Source: a bacterium
Lineage (GTDB): Bacteria; Hinthialibacterota; Hinthialibacteria; Hinthialibacterales; Hinthialibacteraceae
DNA length: 64,000 bases
Reading direction: 5' to 3'
Assembly: GCA_963662285.2 (NCBI GenBank)
Contig: CAXXMV010000008.1
Coordinates: 352,001 to 416,000, forward strand
In this document: in pieces, positions 49,179 through 58,393 of the stretch
Numbering within the stretch: the first letter of the stretch is position 1
How the letters are laid out: the number at the start of each line of letters is the position of its first letter
Program-made: the position numbers and the translations under genes
The notes under the pieces: model-generated
Seen by the model: only the letters and a program-made list of their open reading frames with translations
Told to the model about the DNA's origin: nothing
The model's database searches: none

Positions 49179-49652
49179 ATGTTTGATCAAAAACTTAATC
49201 GCATCATCGAGAGTATTAATGATTTAATGATTCTATGCACCGATAAAGAATTCGCCTTCCGCTTTATTTCCACCAAATCATTCGATCCGGGAACCCTGCT
49301 TATCATTTTAACTTCACTGGCTATTTTGGTTGTTTCCGTCATTTTCTTATCATACCGATATCAACGCTGGAAACGATACAACGTATTTGTTGAAGAAATG
49401 AAATCACTGCAACTCGATCCGGATTCTGAAGGAACCTTGGCCTTTATGGTTAAAAGCCAGGCCATGGACGAACCAGTAAAAGTGCTGATGTCCGCCCAGA
49501 AATTTGATGACATGGCGCAAAAAGAGATGGTGCGGGTGCTAGGCAGCGAGGGATCAATTCAAGCAAAAGAGGCCTTCATCAATAGCGTTTATAAAATACG
49601 CAACACAACCTACCGTCCACCATACCGGTTTGATGAAAATGATGATTATTAG
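49179..49652 (+). CDS. Hypothetical single-pass membrane protein
   Basis: 157 aa, GAAAGGA RBS, one TM (LLIILTSLAILVVSVIFLSY) followed by RYQRWKR; own terminator. Confidence 0.75.
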   Translation: MFDQKLNRIIESINDLMILCTDKEFAFRFISTKSFDPGTLLIILTSLAILVVSVIFLSYRYQRWKRYNVFVEEMKSLQLDPDSEGTLAFMVKSQAMDEPVKVLMSAQKFDDMAQKEMVRVLGSEGSIQAKEAFINSVYKIRNTTYRPPYRFDENDDY

Positions 49653-49700
49653 AGCGGTACTCAAAACCTTTCGGTTTTTAACACAATTACAATAAATTTA

Positions 49701-49748
49701 AAAAGCACAGTCCAGCAAATTCTTATCTAATTCGCTGGACTGTTTTTT
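49701..49748 (+). terminator. Rho-independent terminator
   Basis: ACAGTCCAGC...GCTGGACTGT stem followed by TTTTT. Confidence 0.7.
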
Positions 49749-49772
49749 GTCTGAATCTGGATTTTCTCTGGC

Positions 49773-49865
49773 GGGTGGCAAGGGCAAGACCGCAATGCGG
49801 TCAGCCCTTGATCAAACCACCCATTGTAAGGTAAAAGCCACTTAAGTTAATGACATTGCCTTTGA
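49773..49865 (+). repeat. GGGTGGCAAGGGCA element with conserved 3' extension
   Basis: Matches 8556 and 32553-32656. Confidence 0.82.
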
Positions 49866-49905
49866 TTGACGCCCGATATATCCAATTACTATCATAATCA
49901 AACTA

Positions 49906-51873
49906 TCATTTCTTCAAAACAGGAATCTCAATCAAACAAGCGCTGATTGGTGGAATCATAATTGGTTCCATACAATTTTCAATCTTGACTTTTTTGATAA
50001 CCACATCATCATCCCGCCCTGGTTGGTTATAAGCCAACTTATCGTCGCCGGATATATACCGCATGACCGCCTTATTGGACAATACCGCGCCATTCACATC
50101 AAGAGATATGGCGACAGCTTGTAAGGTTGGATTGACGACAGAAACAGTGATCGACTTGGAATTTGACGTCAAAGCGGCGGCAATATCTATGGGACGCGAG
50201 AAGCCGCTGACTTCGACTGGAATTTCACCGTAGTGATTTCGGTATAATTTCAGCGCAAGCCCGGTTGTTGCGAATGAAGCCTCGGTTTTATTGGTTTTTA
50301 TGGCGCCAATCACATTAACCGTTTGAGCGTAATTGGCCATGAAATACATATCGCTGTTACGGTAATATTCATGCAAACCAACCGCAACGCCTAATGCATC
50401 CTGCAGATAATAACGCACGCCCAACTCTCCATAAATATATGGGCCATACCAGTAATTCCATTCATCCATGGCGATTCTAATATCTTTGTTTTTCAGAGAA
50501 TCAATCTTTTTACGGTATTCGCGGTGAGAATCAGCGCGGCTTTTGATATCATCAGCCAGTTGAAAAACATGTTCAACCAAATCTTCTTTATCTTTGCGGT
50601 AGATATGCTCGCTCAGTAACGCCATGTGATCGGCGCAATGAGTCAGCATGGTTTGGCTCCACTCTCCCACTGCCCCTACCGCAATAAGTTGGATGCTAGG
50701 ATCAACTCGACGCATGGCTTCAGCGCATTTATTGTGTTTATTGACATAATCGCTTAATGGCATGTGACCCAGTTGCCAACTGCCGTACATCTCATTGCCA
50801 ACCGCCCACCATTTGACATTATATGGTTTGGCATGACCGTTCTCAGCACGCAGCTTGCCCAAAACCGTATCGGTTGAACCATTGCAATATTCAACTTCTT
50901 CGCCAGTCTCTTCTATCGTTCCCATACCGGTATTGACGGCAATGTACGGTTCTGTATCTAATTTTTTACACAGATTCATAAATTCATGAATCCCCACATC
51001 ATTAGACTCGATGCCGGTCCAGGCGGGATTTTTTCGTGGAGGCCGCTGATCGCGATCCCCAATGCCGTCTTTCCAGTTATAGTCGCTGACAAAGTTCCCT
51101 CCCGGCCAGCGGTAGACCGGAGAATCCAATTCTTTCATCAGTTTCAATGTATCATGGCGGAAACCATCATCATTATCGGCGGGCATCAGAGATACAGTTC
51201 CAATTCTAAATGCACCCTGCCCCATTCCAATGATCTGCAAACTACCTTCGGAGGTTGTTTTTTTAGACTTAAATTTGAAAGAATATTTGGCGTAATCACT
51301 GGATAGTTTAGATATAGTTTTTGTTTCACTATCCTTTTCATCATCACCCCATACCAGTTTTATCTGGATAGGCAATGCTGTGGCATCGCCCGATAAAACA
51401 ATCCGGCCCTCATATTTACGGCCTTTTTCGAGCGCCAATTGGCCTTGTTCAATCCCGGCGGGAGCGCCATTACTAAGATTTATTTCCGGAGTTTGTTCTC
51501 CTACATACGAGCCGTCTTTAATCATGCGCACCGTATTCGTTTTGCCAATCACTTTCCACGGCGATCCAGTCAATTCAGGAAAATCGCCACCCTTCCAATG
51601 TCCATTATCTGTAGCAACCGACCAGGGTTTAAACTCATCTTTAATCGGAAAGTAAAACTTGCGGTCCTCCAACATCTCCGCCCAGATGCCGCCATAGATG
51701 CACCGGCCTAAATGCTCAATGAACTGACCATATATATATTTCGATATCGGCTCACTGGTCTTGCTGATATCAATCGATATTCTCTGCGCCTCTGAAATCG
51801 ACTCAGAACTATAGACAGTTCCTCCAAACACCGTAATCACAATAGCGAATATCATCAGTTTTCTAAGAATCAT
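49906..51873 (-). CDS. Secreted alpha-L-arabinofuranosidase (GH51) with inserted carbohydrate-binding-like domain
   Basis: IYGQFIEHLGRCIYGGIW, RWPGGNF, VEYCNG, WAVGNEMYG, AMDEWN, NYAQTVNV. Confidence 0.92.
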   Translation of the reverse strand: MILRKLMIFAIVITVFGGTVYSSESISEAQRISIDISKTSEPISKYIYGQFIEHLGRCIYGGIWAEMLEDRKFYFPIKDEFKPWSVATDNGHWKGGDFPELTGSPWKVIGKTNTVRMIKDGSYVGEQTPEINLSNGAPAGIEQGQLALEKGRKYEGRIVLSGDATALPIQIKLVWGDDEKDSETKTISKLSSDYAKYSFKFKSKKTTSEGSLQIIGMGQGAFRIGTVSLMPADNDDGFRHDTLKLMKELDSPVYRWPGGNFVSDYNWKDGIGDRDQRPPRKNPAWTGIESNDVGIHEFMNLCKKLDTEPYIAVNTGMGTIEETGEEVEYCNGSTDTVLGKLRAENGHAKPYNVKWWAVGNEMYGSWQLGHMPLSDYVNKHNKCAEAMRRVDPSIQLIAVGAVGEWSQTMLTHCADHMALLSEHIYRKDKEDLVEHVFQLADDIKSRADSHREYRKKIDSLKNKDIRIAMDEWNYWYGPYIYGELGVRYYLQDALGVAVGLHEYYRNSDMYFMANYAQTVNVIGAIKTNKTEASFATTGLALKLYRNHYGEIPVEVSGFSRPIDIAAALTSNSKSITVSVVNPTLQAVAISLDVNGAVLSNKAVMRYISGDDKLAYNQPGRDDDVVIKKVKIENCMEPIMIPPISACLIEIPVLKK

Positions 51874-52333
51874 TATTAGTCTCCTCAGTTGGCTTTTGAT
51901 TTTGATCTATCTTTATTAAACACAAGAATAAATGAAATTGCTTCAAAAAACTATCCTTAAACCATAATCAAAACAAACAGAGACCAGACTTGCCATAATC
52001 TATCTTTTTCAGTTCATAAACCGGGATATGAATAATAATATTAAGATATAAATAAATACTAAATAATTATTCTGAAAGTAATTATTTTCCAATAATATTT
52101 AACGATTTTGATAAATTTATCATTATAACACTCGCTTAACCTGATCTATAAATGAAATAAAAGAACTGGACGCTCCTTTATTTAAGTCTATATTATGTTT
52201 ATATTATATATAATTTATAATACTATTTATGTACATTAAATTACTATACGCTCAACGCACAAACTATTTATAAATACGTATAAAAATTATGGAATACATA
52301 TATAAATAGCGAAAACAATGGATCAAGGTTATA

Positions 52334-52350
52334 TTGGTCTTTTTATTGCT
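52334..52350 (+). promoter_or_regulatory. Possible sigma54 -24/-12 promoter upstream of cheW
   Basis: TTGGTCTTTTTATTGCT: GG-N10-GC spacing with a good -12 box but weak -24 box, in very AT-rich DNA. Confidence 0.25.
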
Positions 52351-52417
52351 ACTAAAAAAACAATTATATTTTTGAACTTTGTAATATTATTTTATTTATA
52401 ACCCGGGGAGTTTCAAC

Positions 52418-52906
52418 ATGAATAGCACAAGTAAAGATATCCATTTCTCTGATCATTTCCTCTGTTTTACCTTAGATGACAAAGAATACGGAGTTCCAAT
52501 GTCATGGGTAAAAAAGTTGGTTCTTTATAAGGATTGGTCTTTATTTGAATCAACCCCGCAATACCAAGATGGAGTATTCCTTCACCACGATCAGCATATT
52601 CCACTGCTGGATCTTCGTAAATTCCTCCGAGTAAAAGATAGACCTAAAGGTTCTTTGGCCAGCATCATTATCCTCGAAATTAATGGGGTCGTTTATGGCG
52701 TTATTGTTGATGTCATTGCAGAGACAGTTAATTTTGAAAAAAATATAATAGATTTCGACGATCCCTTTCTCTCATATTTAAATACAGACTTTATCTATGG
52801 AATTGCACAGCATGCTATGAGCAGCGTGGTTTTGTTAAGAATGGATAGGATTATCGCTGAGCAGATTAGAATAATCCAAGAATCCGCTCTTGCATCGGTT
52901 ATTTAA
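52418..52906 (+). CDS. cheW: Chemotaxis coupling protein CheW (divergent)
   Basis: FLCFTLDDKEYGVP, IPLLDLRKF, SIIILE..YGVIVDVI, FIYGIA..VVLL. Confidence 0.85.
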   Translation: MNSTSKDIHFSDHFLCFTLDDKEYGVPMSWVKKLVLYKDWSLFESTPQYQDGVFLHHDQHIPLLDLRKFLRVKDRPKGSLASIIILEINGVVYGVIVDVIAETVNFEKNIIDFDDPFLSYLNTDFIYGIAQHAMSSVVLLRMDRIIAEQIRIIQESALASVI

Positions 52907-52956
52907 TAAATGATATAACTCATAAAACATACTACATCTTAAGGATACGCGTACTC

Positions 52957-53544
52957 ATGAATTGGAAACACTTAAAAATGGAAAAAAACTAGGGATTGGT
53001 TTCGGCATAGTACTGGCATTGCTGATTGTTGTCGGAGGTTGGAGTATTTTTGGTATTGGCAATATGATCACAAGCCTTAACCAGGCCGTTCAAATGAATA
53101 ATTTAAGTGGAGAACTGTTGCAACGGGAGATTGAACATCTAAATTGGGCGGCCCAAGTATCCATTCTACTTACCGATGAAAGTATGACTAAATTAAAGGT
53201 GCAAACCGATTCCCACAAATGCGCCTTTGGTAAATGGTATTATGGTGAAGGCCGTAACGAGGCTATAGCGCTTATCCCTGAATTAGAAACTCCTCTAGCC
53301 GGGATTGAAAGCCATCATAACGCTTTACACCAATCAGCCATTCATATAGATAGCGTATTCGATCCCAATGATACAAGTAAAGCGGCAAAAATTTATGGAT
53401 CAGAAACCGCACCGGCATTGAGTGAAGTCCAAAAAATCTTAGGCGAAATTATTGCTACTACCAAAACTGCCGCTGAGCAGGTTGCCTGGACCCAAGAAAT
53501 TAGACTCTCAGTATATTGATGATTCAGAATTTCATGCCTTCTAA
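52957..53544 (+). pseudogene. Methyl-accepting chemotaxis protein remnant (TM1 + CZB domain + C-terminal tail; signalling domain missing)
   Basis: ATG at 52957 gives MNWKHLK, then a one-base frameshift into GKKLGIGFG (typical MCP N-terminus). CZB motifs EHLNW, HKCAFGKWY, HNALH. The shifted frame ends IDDSEFHAF*. Confidence 0.75.
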
Positions 53545-53567
53545 AATGCTCCCTGATGAATTAAACG

Positions 53568-53598
53568 GAAACGGAAATGCTAATGCATTTCCGTTTTT
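53568..53598. terminator. Terminator hairpin between convergent genes
   Basis: AAACGGAAATGC-TAAT-GCATTTCCGTTTTT. Confidence 0.75.
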
Positions 53599-53665
53599 GT
53601 ATCATATTCCTTCGTTACTATCAGATCGCTGCACTGAAATATTTTTTTCTTTCATGTAAATCACA

Positions 53666-55069
53666 CTAAGTTATAGGTTCATTTTGGGTATATTCTTTGG
53701 AATCAATGCCTAATTCGGAAATTTTAACATAGAAATTTTTCCTATGTACTTGCGCAAGCTGAGCGGCGCGTGAAATATTGCCGCCGGTTTTTTTTAATAG
53801 ATGTGTAAAATAAATCTTTTCGAATTCATCTAAAATATTTTTTTTGGCTTCTTTGTATGAAAGATCGAACAATTCATTCTGTAGAAAATTCATCTGGTTT
53901 GTTGTCGTCAGCGCCGGATGAAGTGAAGGAAGCAGTTCGTTTAGTTCAGTAGTATGCATAACAACTGCTCTTTCAATAATATTTTGTAATTCGCGGACAT
54001 TGCCCGGCCAATGGTATTGCATTAATGATTTAATATCATCGGGTAAAAATGAAAGGGTTGACCTGCCTTGCTGCTTTTTTTTCAAGAAATGTTCAATCAG
54101 AAGAGGAACATCTTCTTTACGCTCCCGCAAAGGAGGAACTGTAATCGGTAGAACATTCAAGTGGAAATAGAAATCAGAGCGTATTTCTCCACTTTGTACT
54201 TTGACCTCCAGGTCTTGATTGGTTGAGGCAATAATCCGGACATCAATTTTTTTACTAAGCGAATCACCCACCGGTTCAATGGTTTTATCTTCTATAGTTC
54301 GAAGAATTTTTCCCTGCATGCTGGGAGGGAGATAGCCGATTTCATCCAGGAATAAGGTTCCTCCATTGGCCAGACTGAATTTCCCGGTTGCTGGAGCATC
54401 TGGATTAACTCCAGGTTTTCCCCACATATGACCGAATAATTCCAGTTCAAGAATATCAGGCGGCGTTGAAGAACAATTGGCGGTAACAAATGGCCGTTTG
54501 CTGCGTGGGCTTTGCCGATGTATAGCGCGTGCTACCAGTTCTTTACCTGAGCCGTTTTCTCCACGTATCAGAACAATTCCGTCAACTCTAGCAAGTCGGC
54601 GAACCATGCTGAGCACTTTAATCATACTGGCTGATTTACCAATGATTTCATCTTGTTCAAGACGTTGATCAAGTTCAACGCGCAGGTATTTGTTCTCTTG
54701 TTCGAGGCGTTGAAACTCCAGAGCCTTGCGAACAGATAGTTTTATTTCATCCAGGTCGCATGGCTTGAGAAGGTAATCATGAGCGCCGTTTTTAAGGGCG
54801 TCAACTGCATTCTCTACTGTTCCATAAGCCGTTAATATGATTATAGGTATGTAATGATCTATCTTCTTGACTGCTTCCAAAACCGCCATACCGCCCCCGC
54901 CAGGCATGCGAAGGTCTGTAATGATCAGGCTTAGCGATGTGGAATTAATAACCTCAATTGCAGAATCGGCATCCTTGGCTTCAAGGATATCATATCCCTC
55001 ATCCATAAGCGCCAAATTGAGGATTTTCCTCATTTTGGCTTCGTCATCAGCTATAAGAATAGTCGCCAC
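53666..55069 (-). CDS. Sigma54-dependent response regulator (NtrC/AtoC family)
   Basis: REC domain (ILIADDE, TDLRMPG, KP), AAA+ (GENGSGKELVAR, LFLDEIG, WPGNVREL), Fis HTH (GGNISRAA). The GAFTGA loop is divergent (ELFGHMWGKPGV). Confidence 0.92.
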   Translation of the reverse strand: MATILIADDEAKMRKILNLALMDEGYDILEAKDADSAIEVINSTSLSLIITDLRMPGGGGMAVLEAVKKIDHYIPIIILTAYGTVENAVDALKNGAHDYLLKPCDLDEIKLSVRKALEFQRLEQENKYLRVELDQRLEQDEIIGKSASMIKVLSMVRRLARVDGIVLIRGENGSGKELVARAIHRQSPRSKRPFVTANCSSTPPDILELELFGHMWGKPGVNPDAPATGKFSLANGGTLFLDEIGYLPPSMQGKILRTIEDKTIEPVGDSLSKKIDVRIIASTNQDLEVKVQSGEIRSDFYFHLNVLPITVPPLRERKEDVPLLIEHFLKKKQQGRSTLSFLPDDIKSLMQYHWPGNVRELQNIIERAVVMHTTELNELLPSLHPALTTTNQMNFLQNELFDLSYKEAKKNILDEFEKIYFTHLLKKTGGNISRAAQLAQVHRKNFYVKISELGIDSKEYTQNEPIT

Positions 55070-55100
55070 AACCGCACTATCTCCGTTTCAGTATTACCAC

Positions 55101-55125
55101 GTAGGGGCGTTCCTTGTGGGCGCCC
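55101..55125 (+). repeat. GTAG-type REP
   Basis: GTAGGGGCGTTCCTTGTGGGCGCCC. Confidence 0.72.
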
Positions 55126-55144
55126 TAGACCACTCACAATCCAC

Positions 55145-55702
55145 CTACAATCCAATGTCACCATTAACTTGAGACATATCCGCCACATACAATCCGTTTT
55201 TGCGATAAAAATCACCCTTGGGGCCAAAAGCCAGAGTGCTGGTAGGCTCTATGATGTTTCCCTGAGCGTCAAGATTCAAATTAACAATGTAATCCCCCCC
55301 GCCGGGGCAATCCGGTTCAGCGCCTATTTTAAGAAACAGGGCGCGAGCGGCGCCAATATTCATTTTGGTATAAATACGCCGTTGAGCCAGTTCCAGCGTT
55401 TCGTTCAGGTCAAACAGTTCGCATATTTTCTCGCCGGGTTTGGTTTGATTCTGGTCGGCCATATATTTCAGGCAATTGGCTATCAATGTAAGCCGGGCGG
55501 CGCTTTCATGTCCACGCATAAAATCCAGATACCTGAAATAATTGGGCAGTGCGACGCTCGCAATCAAGATGAAAGTTAAAGATATTGCCCCGATTTCCCA
55601 CCATGCCATACCTAAAGGAAGAGTCTGACTCTCATCAACGTTAAATGGTTGCTCCTGAGTTGTTTGAATTGATTGTTCATTATCGCCGATTTGCGATTGC
55701 AT
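55145..55702 (-). CDS. Pilin/pseudopilin-like protein with long leader
   Basis: LG|MAWWEIGAISLTFILIASVALPNY fits G|xxxxE5 plus a hydrophobic helix ending in LP; CPGGGDY motif; TAATG overlap with the upstream gene. Confidence 0.6.
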   Translation of the reverse strand: MQSQIGDNEQSIQTTQEQPFNVDESQTLPLGMAWWEIGAISLTFILIASVALPNYFRYLDFMRGHESAARLTLIANCLKYMADQNQTKPGEKICELFDLNETLELAQRRIYTKMNIGAARALFLKIGAEPDCPGGGDYIVNLNLDAQGNIIEPTSTLAFGPKGDFYRKNGLYVADMSQVNGDIGL

Positions 55703-58197
55703 TATGGCATCTCCTTATTAAACTGTCGTTGCATTTCCAAACGGGCTAAATCTGCAAAAATTGTATTGGGCAATTCGATCATCAAGTCCTGATAATCAGT
55801 TGCGCTTGCGTTATTGGTTGAGGCGATTTGTTGCATCCGTAAAATTTCCAAACGGATCATACCGTTAATCACTGGATGATCCACATCGGTCAGAAGGCGT
55901 CTCCATTCTTCGATGGCGCCTTTGGCGTCTCCCGAATCCTGTTTCAGTTTTCCTATATGATAGCGTGACCATTCCTCAACATCTCCCCCATAGTGATCTA
56001 CCGCTAATTGGCGCAACAGGGGGATGGCGTTTGCCAATCGCCCTTGCAGTCGATAGAGCATGGCGTCACAGAATAATTGTAGAGGATCTCCCACCAAAGG
56101 CTCTAAAGCGTTCATTAAACCAAGGGCGTCATTTTTGGTTCTCCAAAATTGAGTATTCTGCGCTATCTCATTAAGCAGTGAAAGGGCTATATCAGACTTG
56201 CGTTGCGCGATGAATATTTTGGCCAAGAGCAATTGCGCATCTTCCTGGTAAGGTAGTTCATTAATTGAATCCAGCAGTTTAATGGCCGGATCAAGCGATC
56301 CCAGTTCAGTCAATGCGCGGGCGCGGTTCAGGGTGAGTTGAGATATAACGCTAGCGCCTGGTGGATGCTCCAATGTATCAAAAGCGGATTCAATTTTACG
56401 AATCGCCTCCAGCGCCTGATCTGGTTTAAATGCGTTGAGAGAGATTTCCGAATATTGAATCAAACGCTCTAACATTTGGGGCGTCAGAACTACCGGGCTA
56501 GCTGATGCCAGAATATCCGCAACATAGGATTGAAAGAGTTCCGCCGCCTGGCGCTGCGCATCCAGGGACGAGTTCTCCCCCAATATCGCCGAACGCTTTT
56601 GTTTGGCTATGTCAAAATAAAGGCTTTCTTGCGGTATGCTGTTAAACTGCGATAAAGCCCAATCATTATCACCCTGCTTGATGCTCTCTAAAGCGGCGCT
56701 GAATTTCCAGGCGTCGCTTGGATCAGACTCGATCAATTCTTCTAACTGTTTTCTATACTGAGGTTGAACTCCCAAATTCAGCAAGGATGCTTTGAGCCAA
56801 CTTGGAACTGAGGAATGCAGTTTACCGGACGCCGCTTTGACTAATTCCGCTACCCATTGGCTCTGATCGGGATTGGTTTGAATATGCTGATTGATAACCG
56901 ATTCGATCATTGATGGATGAACTTTACCCGTTGCCACCGCGATATTAAATGCGGCGATAGCTTGTTTATGATCTCCAAACTGAAGCGCCGCCTGTCCCTG
57001 CCTCCAGGCAAGTTGAGGCGGGATGCGTCCTTTGAAATCACTTAAAACAGCACGGGCTGCTTCTAAATCTCCAATGCCAAATATTTCTTGCGCGGCATTC
57101 AGGATGGTAGTAGGCGTCTTGGTTTCCGCTTCAGCCCAATTGCTCCATAGCGCAACGGCTTCCTGCTTACGTCCCTCGCGCACCAGCATTCCCGAAAGTT
57201 GTTTGCGGCGGGTTAAATCCATCGGAGTGATCGCCAGAATCTGTGTGATAATCCTGATTCCATCATCAATATTGCGGTAGTGTGTAACCAGTTCAACCCA
57301 GCGATCCAATATTAAGGCGGGAACCTTGATGATAATTGGCTCCATATCTTCAACCTGTTTCATACCAGATTGATCGAAGATGAATTGTTCGATTTGTTGT
57401 AATGCGTCGGCGCCTCTTTCAGCCTGTTCGAGAAGATTGACCTCAAACATTATAAGCGCTGAAGAATTATTGACCGTTGTGCGATATAAATGAACATGGC
57501 TGATCAGTTCGTCCAACTTGTTTTCCGAAGCGAACAGGTCGGCAATACTGCTTAAATAATCCAGTGAGTCAACGGGATTTATGGGCCATAACTGGTTGAA
57601 TAGATTTAAGCTTTCCTGTTTTTTCCCCTGGATGCGTAACAGTTCGGCGAATTCCAGACCCAGGTTTTCGAGATATTGCGGTAAAACCACTTGCCGCAGT
57701 TCATCGAGTTGATCGTCAGATACTTGCCGGTATTGGTAGTTCTGGATCAAGTGTTTCAAATAAACAGTACGATTGACCTCTTTTGATCCTTGAACCAATT
57801 CCCAATATGTTTGACCCGCCAGTGCATACTTACCGGTTTTCTCCAGATTTTCCGCATATCTCTGATAGTAAAAATAATTAAGATTACTAATGTTAGGGTC
57901 TTTAGATTGAGGCAGGTTATCAATTAATAGACGATAATAACGCGCAGCATCATCAAACCGCGCCTGCGACTCTTCAATCATGGCCAGTTTGCGCAGCACG
58001 TCAATTTTTTGGGGAAATTCATTCCACTTTTCTAAATCAAGCAACCGCTGATAATAATATGTAGAAGTTATATAATCCGCTTCACTGAACGCCTGGTTTC
58101 CCTTAGCGTATAGGTCATTAATAGACTCTTCTGAGAACGCAGCAAACGAACAATTAAACAAAAAGATAAAAAGGATAAAACAAAGATTATTTTTCAT
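55702..58197 (-). CDS. Large exported tetratricopeptide-repeat protein
   Basis: Signal peptide; helical TPR-like repeats throughout (LYAKGNQAFSEADY, SRYHIGKL..GAIEEWRRLL). Confidence 0.8.
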   Translation of the reverse strand: MKNNLCFILFIFLFNCSFAAFSEESINDLYAKGNQAFSEADYITSTYYYQRLLDLEKWNEFPQKIDVLRKLAMIEESQARFDDAARYYRLLIDNLPQSKDPNISNLNYFYYQRYAENLEKTGKYALAGQTYWELVQGSKEVNRTVYLKHLIQNYQYRQVSDDQLDELRQVVLPQYLENLGLEFAELLRIQGKKQESLNLFNQLWPINPVDSLDYLSSIADLFASENKLDELISHVHLYRTTVNNSSALIMFEVNLLEQAERGADALQQIEQFIFDQSGMKQVEDMEPIIIKVPALILDRWVELVTHYRNIDDGIRIITQILAITPMDLTRRKQLSGMLVREGRKQEAVALWSNWAEAETKTPTTILNAAQEIFGIGDLEAARAVLSDFKGRIPPQLAWRQGQAALQFGDHKQAIAAFNIAVATGKVHPSMIESVINQHIQTNPDQSQWVAELVKAASGKLHSSVPSWLKASLLNLGVQPQYRKQLEELIESDPSDAWKFSAALESIKQGDNDWALSQFNSIPQESLYFDIAKQKRSAILGENSSLDAQRQAAELFQSYVADILASASPVVLTPQMLERLIQYSEISLNAFKPDQALEAIRKIESAFDTLEHPPGASVISQLTLNRARALTELGSLDPAIKLLDSINELPYQEDAQLLLAKIFIAQRKSDIALSLLNEIAQNTQFWRTKNDALGLMNALEPLVGDPLQLFCDAMLYRLQGRLANAIPLLRQLAVDHYGGDVEEWSRYHIGKLKQDSGDAKGAIEEWRRLLTDVDHPVINGMIRLEILRMQQIASTNNASATDYQDLMIELPNTIFADLARLEMQRQFNKEMP

Positions 58198-58324
58198 ATT
58201 GTTTGATAGACGTAGTATTCACTATAACTAATTACACAGATATCCGCTTAAGGCCTTAGCCCTGCATATTAAACGTAGTAACCATAAAAAAGTAATGGTA
58301 GGCGTTGTAGAACAGAAAACCAAG

Positions 58325-58362
58325 TCCCCTCTCCCGCCAGGAGAGGGCTAGGGTGAGGGGGG
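58325..58362 (+). repeat. CCCTCTCCC family palindromic repeat
   Basis: GTCCCCTCTCCCGCCAGGAGAGGGCTAGGGTGAGGGGGG. Confidence 0.8.
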
Positions 58363-58393
58363 AATTCAAACCACTATCGGATAACCAATAACT

